Assembly (NCBI GenBank): GCA_043808785.1
Contig: JAZDEL010000006.1
Span: forward strand, 60,001 to 92,000
Reading direction: 5' to 3'
DNA from: Candidatus Iainarchaeum sp.
Lineage (GTDB): Archaea; Iainarchaeota; Iainarchaeia; Iainarchaeales; JAZDEL01
Length of the DNA: 32,000 bases
Below are positions 6,694 through 15,999 of this stretch, piece by piece. Position numbers and translations under genes: made by a program. The notes under the pieces are model-generated. The model saw only the letters and a program-made list of their open reading frames with translations, had not been told where the DNA came from and did no database searches. Position 1 is the stretch's first letter; every line of letters starts with the position of its first letter.

Positions 6694-7398
6694 ATGCCCC
6701 GTATATGGCAGCCGAAAGCGGTGCTGTTCGACCTGGACAACACGCTCATCGATTTCATGCGCATGAAGCGCGCGTCCTGCGAGGCTGCAATTTCCGCAAT
6801 GATTGACGCAGGCCTGCAGCTCGGGCACGGGGAGGCATTTGGCAAGCTTTTCGCGCTTTACGACATACACGGGATAGAACACCAGCGCATTTTCCAGAAG
6901 TTCCTGAAGGATGTTTCGGGGGGCGTTGATTACCGCGTGCTTGCCGCGGGGATTACCGCATACAGGCGCACGCAGACGGGGTTCTTGGAACCATACCCTC
7001 ACGTGCGCACAACCCTCCTGCACCTTAAGGAGCGCGGGATAAAGCTCGGAATTGTAAGTGACGCACCGAGGCTCAGGGCGTGGATAAGGCTGAGCGAGAT
7101 GAACCTCTCGGGTTTTTTTGACGTTGTTGTAACTCTCGGTGATACAAAACGCAGGAAGCCGCACAGGATGCCTTTTGACGCGGCAATAAAGCTGCTCGGC
7201 ATGCGCGCGGATGAAATCCTTTTTGTCGGGGATAACCCTGCAAGGGATATTGCGGGGGCGAAAAAAGTAGGGATGAAAACCGCGCTTGCGGAATACGGGC
7301 TCGCAACCTCGGGCTTAACCGGCAGGGGGCCTGAGGCGGATTACGTGCTCAAGGATATTTCGGATTTAATGAGGATTGTCGGCAAACCAAACCCGTAA
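6694..7398 (+). CDS. HAD-superfamily hydrolase (phosphatase-like, subfamily IA)
   Basis: Motif I is FDLDNTL, motif II is GIVSDAP, and motifs III/IV are KRRKP...FVGDNPARDIAGAKKVGM. Confidence 0.8.
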   Translation: MPRIWQPKAVLFDLDNTLIDFMRMKRASCEAAISAMIDAGLQLGHGEAFGKLFALYDIHGIEHQRIFQKFLKDVSGGVDYRVLAAGITAYRRTQTGFLEPYPHVRTTLLHLKERGIKLGIVSDAPRLRAWIRLSEMNLSGFFDVVVTLGDTKRRKPHRMPFDAAIKLLGMRADEILFVGDNPARDIAGAKKVGMKTALAEYGLATSGLTGRGPEADYVLKDISDLMRIVGKPNP

Positions 7399-7495
7399 GC
7401 CGCACCCGCGAACGGAACCCTCATATATCCCCGCGGGTCGGAAACCGAACCCGATAGGGTTATATTTGTTTTTTCCGCAATTTGTACGGTTGGGC

Positions 7496-7657
7496 ATGCC
7501 GTTATTGCAAAGGACAGAAACAGTGGCAAGGGCGCCGAATTTTTCCGCGCAGCGCGCGGTTTCGTGCATGAATTGCGGAAAGGCGATCGAGGGCGGGAAT
7601 AACACTTATTCGCGCAGGTTCTGCTCGGATGCGTGCAGGCTCAGTTATTTGCTCTGA
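7496..7657 (+). CDS. small zinc-ribbon protein (53 aa)
   Basis: The ATG at 7496 is in frame within ORF 7376..7657. CMNCGKAI...RRFCSDACR forms a C-x2-C...C-x3-C zinc ribbon. A TATA-like TTATATTT lies about 33 nt upstream. Confidence 0.5.
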   Translation: MPLLQRTETVARAPNFSAQRAVSCMNCGKAIEGGNNTYSRRFCSDACRLSYLL

Positions 7658-7748
7658 ACGCGCGCGGGTGCGGGCGCAGTTGCCTGCCATGAACCACTTA
7701 ATCCTGCAGCGGCTCAATTCTGCGGCACGGCGAAACATTGTGGCGTGA

Positions 7749-7755
7749 TTTTTTT
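7749..7755 (+). terminator. oligo-T (T7) candidate archaeal terminator
   Basis: T7 run downstream of the 7496..7657 ORF, followed by a GGTTCG-gcttc-CGAACC hairpin. Confidence 0.35.
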
Positions 7756-7811
7756 ATGGTTCGGCTTCCGAACCCGCATATGCTTTAAGCATTTCCCCTA
7801 AGCCAAATATT

Positions 7812-8600
7812 ATGCGTGAACCCGAGGTTATTGGCGCCAGGCTTGTTGAGGGAATAAGGGATTATTTCGGGCGCGCGGGTTTCGGGAAAGCGGTTTTGGG
7901 GCTCAGCGGCGGCATTGATTCAGCGCTCTGCGTTTCGCTTTTGCGTGAGGCCCTTGGGGCAAAGAACGTAACCGCGCTTATTCTGCCTTACAAAAAAATT
8001 AACCCTTCCTCCAGCGCGAAACTTGCGAAATCCTTCGCAAAGCGCGAGGGGATTAACTGTATCGTGCGGCCTGTTGACTCATTCATGCGGGATATTTCGA
8101 CCCTGCCCTGGAAGCAGGGCAAACTTGCAGAGGCGAACTCCGTTGCAAGGGTTAGGGCAGTAGTGCTTTACAATTATGCGAACTCGAACAATTCGCTTGT
8201 TGTTGGTGCGGGGAACAAATCCGAGATAATGCTCGGGTATTTCACGAAATACGGGGACGCCGCGGCGGACGTTTTCCCCATAGGCGCGCTCTGGAAAACG
8301 CAGGTTCTGGAACTTGCAAAGGCGCGCGGAATTCCGGAGGAAATAACCTCGCGCACGCCGAGCGCGGAACTCTGGAAAGGGCAGACCGATGCAGCGGAAC
8401 TCGGGGCGGGGTATGATGTGCTGGATGAAATATTGCAGGCACACGAGGCAGGCGAACCACGGGGCGCGGCACATGTGGGTGCGGGCAACAAACTGAAGCA
8501 GGCAAGGGAGCAATACGGCTCATCCCTTGTTGAAAAGGTTGTTACGCGTATTAAGGCAACGGAACATAAGCGGCAAATGCCGCCAGTTATTGATGCTTAA
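7812..8600 (+). CDS. nadE: NH3-dependent NAD+ synthetase
   Basis: PP-loop SGGIDSA, then GAGNKSEIMLGYFTKYGD and the typical C-terminal KRQMPP. Length is about 260 aa. Confidence 0.9.
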   Translation: MREPEVIGARLVEGIRDYFGRAGFGKAVLGLSGGIDSALCVSLLREALGAKNVTALILPYKKINPSSSAKLAKSFAKREGINCIVRPVDSFMRDISTLPWKQGKLAEANSVARVRAVVLYNYANSNNSLVVGAGNKSEIMLGYFTKYGDAAADVFPIGALWKTQVLELAKARGIPEEITSRTPSAELWKGQTDAAELGAGYDVLDEILQAHEAGEPRGAAHVGAGNKLKQAREQYGSSLVEKVVTRIKATEHKRQMPPVIDA

Positions 8601-8612
8601 GGAGGCGATATC

Positions 8613-8810
8613 GTGATAGGGAACTGCAAAAGGTGCGGAACCAAAGAGGAACTGCACGGGGGCATATGCGAGAACTGCAGGCTCGAGGCGCAGAATAAGA
8701 GGGAGCAGGAACTGCTCGGAACGGACAAGAAGAAAATGAGCAGGGAGGAAATCGAGCAGGAGCTTGCCGAGCACAGGAAGGACAAGAAGTTCTGGTGGGG
8801 GAAGGAATAG
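8613..8810 (+). CDS. small zinc-ribbon protein (GTG start)
   Basis: CKRCG...CENC motif. An AAGGAGG Shine-Dalgarno sequence lies 7 nt upstream of the GTG. The gene is tightly linked to nadE. Confidence 0.5.
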   Translation: MIGNCKRCGTKEELHGGICENCRLEAQNKREQELLGTDKKKMSREEIEQELAEHRKDKKFWWGKE

Positions 8811-8841
8811 TTAGGCGACTTTCCCAAACAAAAGTGCGTTA

Positions 8842-8888
8842 ACTTCTACATAACGGGTACAGGGAGCGAAGGATTTTGCTGCTCCCTT
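8842..8888 (+). repeat. bipartite repeat, copy B
   Basis: Box 1 is at 8842-8854 (13/13) and box 2 at 8881-8888 (8/8), 34 nt apart end to end. A perfect 7-bp hairpin pairs AGGGAGC (8861-8867) with GCTCCCT (8881-8887). The element starts 31 nt after the stop of 8613..8810. Confidence 0.85.
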
Positions 8889-8945
8889 TGAAGCCGGAAA
8901 ATGCGGGCAGCGGGCGTTTGCGGCATTCCTGCCGCGGGGCGGGCG

Positions 8946-10952
8946 CTACTTCTTCTTTGAAACTAGTTTCTTCGCCTTTTCCGCGATGTGCTCCGCGCTT
9001 AGCCCGAAGTGCTTAATCAGTTCCCACGGCGCTCCGCTTTCGCCGAACCTGTCGTTAACGCCAAGCATATCCATTATGAAATTGTCCCTGAACTTCATGT
9101 TCTTCGCAATCGCGCCCGCAACAATGTTCCCGAATCCGCCTGTCTGGTGCTCTTCAGCAGCGAGAACCGCGCCTGTTTCCTCGGCTGCAAGGATTATTGC
9201 CGCTTCATCCAGCGGCTTAACTGTGTGCACGTTCAGCACGCGGGTTTCAACCCCGAATTCTTCCTTAAGTATCCATGCAGCGCGCATTGCTTCCGGCACC
9301 ATCGGCCCGCAGGCGATTATTGTGATGTCCTCTTTTTCGTTCTTGTATTTGTGCGCAAGGACAGTTTCAAACGCATCCGCAAACTTATCCTTCTCCCCGC
9401 GGTAGCGGATTACGTTCGCCTTGCCGTATTCCCACGGGGTTTTTTCATTTGTAACAACGGGTGTTGCCTCGCGCGCGAACCTGACATAGCAGGGACCGTT
9501 GATTTCAAGCGTTGAATGGCGCGTTGCTTTTGCTGTTTCCGCTGCATCGCAGGGAACGAACAAATGCATGTTCGGCAGGATTGCCATTATCGTGATTTCC
9601 TCAAGGCTCTGGTGTGTTGCTCCGTCAGGGCCGACTGAAATCCCGCCGTGCGCGCCGCCGATTTTAACATTAAGGTTGCCGTAGCAGATGGTTGTCCTTA
9701 TCTGGTCCCATGGCCTGCCAGAGGCGAAAACCCCGTATGTGCCTGTTATAGGTATTTTTCCCTCCTTTGCCAGCCCTGCAGCAACGCACATCATATTCTG
9801 CTCCGCAATCCCAACGCTAAACACGCGGTTCCTGCGCTCGGGGTTGTTTTCCTCGAATTTGGTTATTGTAATCGAGTTTGAAATGTCCGCGTGCAGCGTA
9901 ACTATCCTCGGGTCCGAGCCTATTGCAGCAAGCGTTTCCCCCCAGCCGAACCTTGAGGGCTTCATCTCCGCCTGCATGTTCTTTGCCGTGTTCCACCAGT
10001 AATTGCGCCTGAATTTCGGCATTTCCGAATTAACCTTTGCGTCTATTTTTTTCTGCGCTTCCTCCGCTGCCTTAAGCAATTTCTCCGCGGGAAATTTCTC
10101 CATGCCCAAATCCTTCAGCGCGCGCATCAATTCATCCTTGTTCGGCGCCTTGCCGTGCCAGCCCGCAAGGTTTTCCATGAATGAAACTCCCTTTCCTTTA
10201 ACCGTGTGCGCAACAAGAACGGTCGGCTTGCCCTTTACTTTCTCCGCCTCGTCAAACGCCTTCAGCAAAGCATTCATATCGTGCCCGCCGAGCTCGATTG
10301 CGTGCCAGCCGAACGCGCGGTATTTCTCTGCAAGCGGGTCTATGTCCATGACGTCCTTTGTCCAGCCGTCAATTTGCAAACGGTTCTTGTCCACAATCGC
10401 GGTTAAGTTATCAAGCTTGAAGTTTGAGGCGCTCATAACCGCTTCCCAGATGCTTCCCTCGTCCTGCTCCCCGTCGCCCATTATGCAGTAAACCCTGTTT
10501 TTCCTGCCGTCCAGTTTTGCCGCAATCGCATCCCCTACCGCAATCCCCAGGCCCTGCCCCAGGGAGCCGCCGCTCATCTCGATGCCTGTGCACTTCTTCC
10601 AGTCGCAGTGCCCCTGGAAAGGGCTCCCGAGTTTGCGCAGTGTAACCATTTCATCAATAGGGAAATAGCCCGCTTTTCCGAGCGCTGCATAAAGCGCGGG
10701 GACGCAGTGCGCCTTGGAGAGGAACAGCCTGTCCCTGTTTTCCCACTTGGGGTTCTTGGGGTCGTGGCGCATTTTGTTGAGCAAAAGCGCTGCGGTAATA
10801 TCCATCTGCGAAAGGCTTCCCCCCGGATGGCCTGAGCCCGCTGCGGTAATTGCAGTGAGCGCGTAGGCGCGCAGTTCGCGCGCAGCGTCCTCCAGTGCCT
10901 TGCCCTCGAGCCTCAGCACTTCCTTTCCTGTTTTGCTGTCCACGATGCCCAT
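8946..10952 (-). CDS. tkt: transketolase (fused N- and C-terminal halves); ATG at 10952 preferred over the TTG at 10976
   Basis: The TPP-binding region contains GSGHPGGSLS and GDGEQDEGSIWEA. A pyrimidine-binding middle domain and a C-terminal domain follow in one 668-aa ORF. Confidence 0.9.
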   Translation of the reverse strand: MGIVDSKTGKEVLRLEGKALEDAARELRAYALTAITAAGSGHPGGSLSQMDITAALLLNKMRHDPKNPKWENRDRLFLSKAHCVPALYAALGKAGYFPIDEMVTLRKLGSPFQGHCDWKKCTGIEMSGGSLGQGLGIAVGDAIAAKLDGRKNRVYCIMGDGEQDEGSIWEAVMSASNFKLDNLTAIVDKNRLQIDGWTKDVMDIDPLAEKYRAFGWHAIELGGHDMNALLKAFDEAEKVKGKPTVLVAHTVKGKGVSFMENLAGWHGKAPNKDELMRALKDLGMEKFPAEKLLKAAEEAQKKIDAKVNSEMPKFRRNYWWNTAKNMQAEMKPSRFGWGETLAAIGSDPRIVTLHADISNSITITKFEENNPERRNRVFSVGIAEQNMMCVAAGLAKEGKIPITGTYGVFASGRPWDQIRTTICYGNLNVKIGGAHGGISVGPDGATHQSLEEITIMAILPNMHLFVPCDAAETAKATRHSTLEINGPCYVRFAREATPVVTNEKTPWEYGKANVIRYRGEKDKFADAFETVLAHKYKNEKEDITIIACGPMVPEAMRAAWILKEEFGVETRVLNVHTVKPLDEAAIILAAEETGAVLAAEEHQTGGFGNIVAGAIAKNMKFRDNFIMDMLGVNDRFGESGAPWELIKHFGLSAEHIAEKAKKLVSKKK

Positions 10953-11065
10953 TTCGCACCACCCCGCAAAGCGCAAAACCCGCCGCGGTTTTGCCTAACC
11001 CCGCAAACCGCGCCCGTGCTTGTGCGTTTTGTTTTTTCTTTTTCGCACCTTCCTTTTTCGCCGCC

Positions 11066-12268
11066 TTATTTCTTGCCCCTGCCCTCCATGAACTTTCTTA
11101 TCCTCGCAAGCCCCCCATTTATGTCCTCGTCGGAAGCGGCATAGGAGAAGCGCAGGTAGTAATTGTTCGGGTCCGCCCTTTTGCCGAAGTGGATGTCGGC
11201 AAGCGTTGCAACCTCAGCCTCGTGCAGGAGCATTTTCCTGAATTCCTCGGAATCCTTTGCCCCGGCCATTTTGCAGGCCTTTGTAACATTCGGGTAGAGG
11301 TAAAACGCGCCTTTCGGCAGGGAGCAGTGCCAGCCCTCTATTTCGTTCAGGCCGTTAACCATCATATCGCGCCTGCGCTGGAATGTCTTGCGCATTTCCT
11401 CCGCCTTGCCCTGCGGCCCGGTAAGCGCCTCGACCCCTGCAAACTGGGTCATATGCGCAGCGCACGCTTCGGTATTTGTCACGAGCGTCGTGAAGAACGG
11501 CGCAAGCTTTGAATTGAGCGCCCAGCCCAGGCGCCAGCCTGTCATTGCGTAGGTTTTTGAGGCGCCGTCAACAACAATCGTGCGTTCTTTCATCCCTTCT
11601 ATCGAGGCGATGCTCTCGAATTTTTCCCCATACATTATGCGGTTGTAAACATCATCGCTGTAAACCCAGAAATCGTGGTCCTGTGCAAGGTCGGCAATAG
11701 CCTTCAGGTCAGGCTTGCCGAGCACGCCCCCCGTGGGGTTCTGCGGCGAGTTTATGAAGAGTAATTTTGTTTTGGGGGTGATAAGTTCCTTGAGGGTTTC
11801 CACTTCAAAAGAGAAGCCGCGCTCCTCTAGCAATGGCAATGCAACGGGCTTTGCGCCGTGGAAAATTGTCTGCGACTCGTAAATCGGGTAGCCGGGAGCA
11901 GGGTAAATTACCTCGTGCCCCTTTCCATACTCGGTTGCGGCAACAACAGAGTAGCCGATGAACGCCTTTGCACCCGCGCCTACAACAACATCGTCGGCGG
12001 AATATTCCGCGCCCGTAATCTTGCTCTCGTATTTGGCGATTGCATCCCTCAGTTCAGGTATTCCCGCGGAACCAGTGTAGCCGTGCTTGCCGTCATCAAC
12101 CGCCTTTTTCATTGCCGCGCAGATGTTGTCGGGCGTCCTGAAATTCGGCTGCCCTATGCAGAAACTGAGTATTTTCTTCCCCTGGCTGTTTAATTTGTTC
12201 ACCTCGGCAAGAACAGCGAAAGCGCTCTCCCCTGTAAGGTTTTTTGTCCTGTCTGAAACAGTAGCCAT
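11066..12268 (-). CDS. class I/II PLP-dependent aminotransferase (aspartate aminotransferase-like)
   Basis: NSPQNPTGGV and SKTYAMTGWRLGW (the PLP-binding lysine) are present. Length is 400 aa. A GGAGGTG Shine-Dalgarno sequence lies 6 nt upstream of the ATG. Confidence 0.85.
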   Translation of the reverse strand: MATVSDRTKNLTGESAFAVLAEVNKLNSQGKKILSFCIGQPNFRTPDNICAAMKKAVDDGKHGYTGSAGIPELRDAIAKYESKITGAEYSADDVVVGAGAKAFIGYSVVAATEYGKGHEVIYPAPGYPIYESQTIFHGAKPVALPLLEERGFSFEVETLKELITPKTKLLFINSPQNPTGGVLGKPDLKAIADLAQDHDFWVYSDDVYNRIMYGEKFESIASIEGMKERTIVVDGASKTYAMTGWRLGWALNSKLAPFFTTLVTNTEACAAHMTQFAGVEALTGPQGKAEEMRKTFQRRRDMMVNGLNEIEGWHCSLPKGAFYLYPNVTKACKMAGAKDSEEFRKMLLHEAEVATLADIHFGKRADPNNYYLRFSYAASDEDINGGLARIRKFMEGRGKK

Positions 12269-12325
12269 GTGCGCACCTCCGATTTTTGCGAATCTATGCC
12301 CGCAGGAATATCGGACTGCAAAAGC

Positions 12326-12334
12326 CTTTTATAC
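12326..12334 (+). promoter_or_regulatory. TATA box (CTTTTATAC) for 12357..12758
   Basis: Centred about 27 nt upstream of the ATG at 12357. Confidence 0.35.
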
Positions 12335-12356
12335 TGCTTGCCCGCTTTTAATTTTC

Positions 12357-12758
12357 ATGCGCTACGAACTCTGCGCAGCGGAAAGCAGGCGCGCAAGGGA
12401 ATTGATTGAGCTGCTGAAACTGAACCACGTGAAACCCGAAAGGGTTGTTGTTGTGCGGAGCAAGGGCACGAAAACAAGGCGCACAATCGCGCGCATACAC
12501 ACAATGGGGAAGGTGATGCAGCTGGCGATGGATCAGGAGCCTTTTTACGCGATTGAACTCATAGCCGAGCGCTACGACGGGCTGAGCGCGGAGGAGCAGA
12601 CAAAAACCATTATCCACGAACTCCTGCACATACCGCACGCTTTCGGCGGCGGGTTCAGGCACCACAAGGCGCATGTCAATGCGCGCACCGTGGATGAGGC
12701 GTACAGGCGGCTGCAGGCGAGGGAGCAAACCCTGCTCGGCGGGAAAACGAACTTTTAA
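12357..12758 (+). CDS. putative small zinc metallopeptidase (HExxH)
   Basis: ATG at 12357 (MRYELCAAE...). The motif IIHELLHIPHAFGGGFRHH is present in a protein of about 130 aa. Confidence 0.6.
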   Translation: MRYELCAAESRRARELIELLKLNHVKPERVVVVRSKGTKTRRTIARIHTMGKVMQLAMDQEPFYAIELIAERYDGLSAEEQTKTIIHELLHIPHAFGGGFRHHKAHVNARTVDEAYRRLQAREQTLLGGKTNF

Positions 12759-12815
12759 ATACAAAAACCGCAGTATTGTATCAGTAATTTTTCCGGGCTC
12801 GGGGTTGGTTTTGGC

Positions 12816-13430
12816 ATGGCTGGGTCTGATGCAGGGGCTGCGCAGAAGCAGGGCACGGGCGCGCAGGCGCATGCAGCCGCAAACGACAAGGCGGGCGCCG
12901 CACATACCGCTGCAAAGGGAGCCGCACAGGCGCAGCATCAGGCAAAGGAGCCCCTGCAGCAGGGCATTCCTTCCGGGGCGCTGGCAGGGGATGAAAGGGA
13001 TGCGCTGCTTCACAAGCTGCTTTACGGCAGGACAAAGCACACTTTCAGCCACAAGCTTTCCGACTGGATGACGAACTGGGTCGGGAGCTGGACATTCATA
13101 CTTTTGTTCGTTTTTGTTTTTGCCCTGTGGATTGCGGTTAACCTCTGGGCGCTTGGGCTGGGGGGGCGCGAGCCTTTCGACCCCTACCCTTTCATACTGC
13201 TTAACCTCGCATTGTCATGCCTTGCGGCAATACAGGCGCCGATAATACTCATGAGCCAGAACAGGCAGGCGCAGAGGGACAGGATAAAGGCGGAGAGGGA
13301 CTTTGCCGTGAACCGCAGGGCGGACCGCGGCGTGGATGAAATAAAGGCGGAACTTGCAAAGACGCAGAACCTGCTGCGGGAACTGCACGCGGAAAGCAAG
13401 GGCCGCGGGCGCTCGGGGTTGGGGGAATAG
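12816..13430 (+). CDS. DUF1003-like membrane protein with a low-complexity Ala/Gln-rich N-terminus
   Basis: Two transmembrane helices (WTFILLFVFVFALWIAV; FILLNLALSCLAAIQAPIIL) are followed by MSQNRQAQRDRIKAERDFAVN, which is typical of DUF1003. Confidence 0.6.
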   Translation: MAGSDAGAAQKQGTGAQAHAAANDKAGAAHTAAKGAAQAQHQAKEPLQQGIPSGALAGDERDALLHKLLYGRTKHTFSHKLSDWMTNWVGSWTFILLFVFVFALWIAVNLWALGLGGREPFDPYPFILLNLALSCLAAIQAPIILMSQNRQAQRDRIKAERDFAVNRRADRGVDEIKAELAKTQNLLRELHAESKGRGRSGLGE

Positions 13431-13458
13431 GTGCGTGCAGGAATAGAGAAATAGCGGT

Positions 13459-13521
13459 TCTTCTACATAACTAACTGCGTGCGGATGCCATTTTGCCTTA
13501 ATTTTAGCCCTTCGCATGCGG
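13459..13521 (+). repeat. bipartite repeat, copy C (variant)
   Basis: Box 1 TCTTCTACATAAC is at 13459-13471 (12/13). There is no box 2 at the canonical spacing; GCCCTT sits at 13507-13512. A 9-bp stem pairs CTGCGTGCG (13475-13483) with CGCATGCGG (13513-13521). The element starts 28 nt after the stop of 12816..13430. Confidence 0.65.
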
Positions 13522-13560
13522 GTTGTGCACGCTTTGGCCGTGCTGCACCGCCGCGGGAAG

Positions 13561-13568
13561 TATTATAA
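13561..13568 (+). promoter_or_regulatory. TATA box (TATTATAA) for the epimerase operon
   Basis: Centred about 27 nt upstream of the ATG at 13592. The start context is GATTTATG. Confidence 0.4.
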
Positions 13569-13591
13569 GCATTTTTCCGGAAAACCGATTT

Positions 13592-14557
13592 ATGGCTCTG
13601 CAAAACAAAAACGTGCTCGTAACCGGCGGCGCGGGCTTCATAGGCTCGGCGCTTGTGCGCCTGCTGCTTAAGGGGAAGGCAAACGTAACCGTGCTCGATA
13701 ATTTCCTCAGCGGCAGGAGAAGCAACCTCAAGGAGCTTGAAGGGAGCATCGAAATTGTTGAAGGGAGCATCCTTGGCGAAAACCTTGCGGAAACGCTTTC
13801 CTCGCGCAACATAGGGTTCGTGCTTAACCTTGCAGCGGAACCATACATACCGAAATGCTACGAAACTCCGAGGAGTTTTTTCGAGATAAACGCGCTCGGC
13901 GCGCTGAATGTCATGCTCGCGTGCAAGGAAGCGGGAATAACGCGCATTGTGCAGTACAGCAGTTCGGAGGTTTACGGCAGCGCGCTGAAAACCCCGATGG
14001 ATGAAACGCACCCAACGCTTCCCCGTTCCACTTATGCGGTGAGCAAGCTTGCCGCGGACAGGCTCTGCTACACGCTTAACCATGAGCAGGGTTTGCCAGT
14101 GGTTATTTTGAGGCAGTTCAATGTTTTCGGGCCGAGGGAAACGCACCCTTACATTATACCGGAACTTATCTCGCAGCTCTCAAGCACGGAAAAAATAACC
14201 CTCGGGAACATAAAGGCTAGCAGGGATTTCACTTATGTTGAGGATGCTGCACGCGCCGCGATGCTGCTTCTTGAGTGCAAAAATGCGGAAGGGGAAGCGG
14301 TAAACTGCGGCTTCGGCAAGGATTACACTGTCGAGGAAATGGCGGAAATAACCGCGGAGGTTGTGGGGCAGAAGAAGCCGAATATAACTATTGACCAGAA
14401 AAGGATTAGGCCTTTGGATGTGCAGTGCCTGCGCGCGGATTACTCGAAACTCAACAAACTCACGGGCTGGGAGCCGAAGGTAAGTTTCAGGGAAGGGCTT
14501 GAGAGGACCGTTGCATGGTTCAGGGAAAACAACAACAAGTGGGTCTGGGAAGAGTAG
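13592..14557 (+). CDS. NAD-dependent sugar-nucleotide epimerase/dehydratase (extended SDR)
   Basis: ATG at 13592 (MALQNKNVLVTGGAGFIGS). Rossmann fold GxxGxxG and catalytic YAVSK are present. Length is about 320 aa. Confidence 0.8.
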   Translation: MALQNKNVLVTGGAGFIGSALVRLLLKGKANVTVLDNFLSGRRSNLKELEGSIEIVEGSILGENLAETLSSRNIGFVLNLAAEPYIPKCYETPRSFFEINALGALNVMLACKEAGITRIVQYSSSEVYGSALKTPMDETHPTLPRSTYAVSKLAADRLCYTLNHEQGLPVVILRQFNVFGPRETHPYIIPELISQLSSTEKITLGNIKASRDFTYVEDAARAAMLLLECKNAEGEAVNCGFGKDYTVEEMAEITAEVVGQKKPNITIDQKRIRPLDVQCLRADYSKLNKLTGWEPKVSFREGLERTVAWFRENNNKWVWEE

Positions 14558-14560
14558 GTT

Positions 14561-15550
14561 ATGCCCCGTTTTTTGGTAACAGGCGCCAACGGTTTTGCGG
14601 CATCGCACCTGATAGGGCTGCTTCTCGCGCGCAAGGATGCAAGGGTTTTCGGCACCGTGAGGAAGGGTGCGGAACTTTCGCGTATCAGGCATCTGGCAAA
14701 AAACAAAAACTTCCGCAGGGTTTATTGCTCTCTCGGGGATGCGAAGGCTCTGCAAAGTGCGGTGCATTCTTCCGCCCCTGATTTTGTTTTTCACCTTGCC
14801 GCGCAGTCGTATGTTAAGGGCGCGCCTGCTGAATGCACGCTTAATGCCAATGTGCTCGGCTCCTTCAATCTTCTGGAGGCTGTGCGCAGGCACGCGCCCG
14901 ATGCAAGGGTCCAAATTGCGGGGAGCAGCGAGGAATACGGGCTTGTAAATGAGCGCTCCGCGCCCGTGCTTGAGTCTGCAACGCTTAAGCCCGCGACAAT
15001 TTACGGCGTGAGCAAGGCAGCGATGGAGTTTTTCGGCTCCGCATTTCATGCAACTTATGGCATGGAAATAATCACAACGCGCGCATTCAACCATGCTGGC
15101 GCGGGGCAGAATGATAATTTCGTTTTGAGTTCATGGGCTAGGCAGGTTGCGGAAATAGAGGCGGGGAAGAAAGGTGCGGCAATGCCTGCGGGCAAAGGCG
15201 CGGATGCGGTTCTCCGCGTCGGCAACCTTGAGGTAAGGCGCGATTTTTTGGATGTAAGGGATGTTGTAAGCGCGTATGTTTTGTGTGCGGAGGAAGGCAA
15301 GGCAGGGGAGGCGTACAACGTGTGCTCCGGCACGGCGCCTGCGCTGCGCGGACTGCTGGATGCCCTGCTGCGGCTTACGGATAAGCGGATTAAGGTTGAA
15401 ACAGACACCTCACTTTTGCGCAAATCGGGCGTTGACATCCCGCTGATGCTTGGCGATAACGGAAAACTTAAGGCGCTTGGCTGGGAAAGGCGCGTTACCC
15501 AGGAAAAGATGCTTGCGGATTTGCTCGATTACTGGCGCGCGCGGGTTTGA
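14561..15550 (+). CDS. NAD-dependent epimerase/dehydratase (GDP-sugar dehydratase/reductase-like extended SDR)
   Basis: LVTGANGFAASHL and catalytic YGVSKAA are present. The start lies 3 nt after the upstream stop. Confidence 0.75.
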   Translation: MPRFLVTGANGFAASHLIGLLLARKDARVFGTVRKGAELSRIRHLAKNKNFRRVYCSLGDAKALQSAVHSSAPDFVFHLAAQSYVKGAPAECTLNANVLGSFNLLEAVRRHAPDARVQIAGSSEEYGLVNERSAPVLESATLKPATIYGVSKAAMEFFGSAFHATYGMEIITTRAFNHAGAGQNDNFVLSSWARQVAEIEAGKKGAAMPAGKGADAVLRVGNLEVRRDFLDVRDVVSAYVLCAEEGKAGEAYNVCSGTAPALRGLLDALLRLTDKRIKVETDTSLLRKSGVDIPLMLGDNGKLKALGWERRVTQEKMLADLLDYWRARV

Positions 15551-15915
15551 AGTTCGACCGGCTTTAAATTTTCCCAGTTTTCAAGGACCTGGTCCCTAAG
15601 TTTCTGTGGGAACTTCACCCCCGCGTTTTTCTTGTTTCTTTTATTGTTTCCATTGAGCATTCTGTGGTCGACAAGGAACCTTTTTACTCTTTCACCCCCG
15701 CCTTTTCTGGAAAAGAAATCACGCGCTCTTTCATACTTCTCGTACTTAACCGGATAGGCGGGGGCGACAACTCTTCTATCCCCGTTTGGCAAAAATTCGA
15801 TAAAATAATGCGCGCCGGTTACGGCGTGCTGAAATACGCGTATGTTTTTTCCTTTTTTGCCGCTGGTCTGCCAGGGCGGGTTCTTAAAATTTTTCACTTC
15901 AAACGGTCGGGGCAT
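15529..15915 (-). CDS. hypothetical protein
   Basis: 128-aa ORF with an ATG start. Its 3' end overlaps the convergent 14561..15550 by 22 nt. No family was recognised. Confidence 0.4.
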   Translation of the reverse strand: MPRPFEVKNFKNPPWQTSGKKGKNIRVFQHAVTGAHYFIEFLPNGDRRVVAPAYPVKYEKYERARDFFSRKGGGERVKRFLVDHRMLNGNNKRNKKNAGVKFPQKLRDQVLENWENLKPVELQTRARQ

Positions 15916-15969
15916 TATCCAACAACAGGGGCAAAGCCGTATTTATTCCTTTCCCGTTCGCGGGGAAAG

Positions 15970-15979
15970 GGTTAAATTC
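15970..15979 (+). promoter_or_regulatory. TATA-like box (GGTTAAATTC) for 16000..16533
   Basis: Centred about 25 nt upstream of the ATG at 16000. Confidence 0.35.
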
Positions 15980-15999
15980 GGGCGTGCGGTTGTTTTGTT

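Noticed and set aside
13738-13770. Direct repeat GAAGGGAGCATC twice (also AAGGGAGCATC at 2563), containing the reverse complement of box 2.
   Set aside because: It lies inside the epimerase coding sequence and encodes a duplicated EGSI peptide. No box 1 occurs at the expected 34-nt distance. It is unrelated to the bipartite element.
13463-15094. Long minus-strand ORFs 13463..14146 (227 aa) and 14180..15094 (304 aa).
   Set aside because: They are antisense to the two SDR epimerase/dehydratase genes, which carry clear GxxGxxG and YxxxK motifs. Their translations are Arg/Cys/Pro-rich with no motifs, typical of shadow ORFs.
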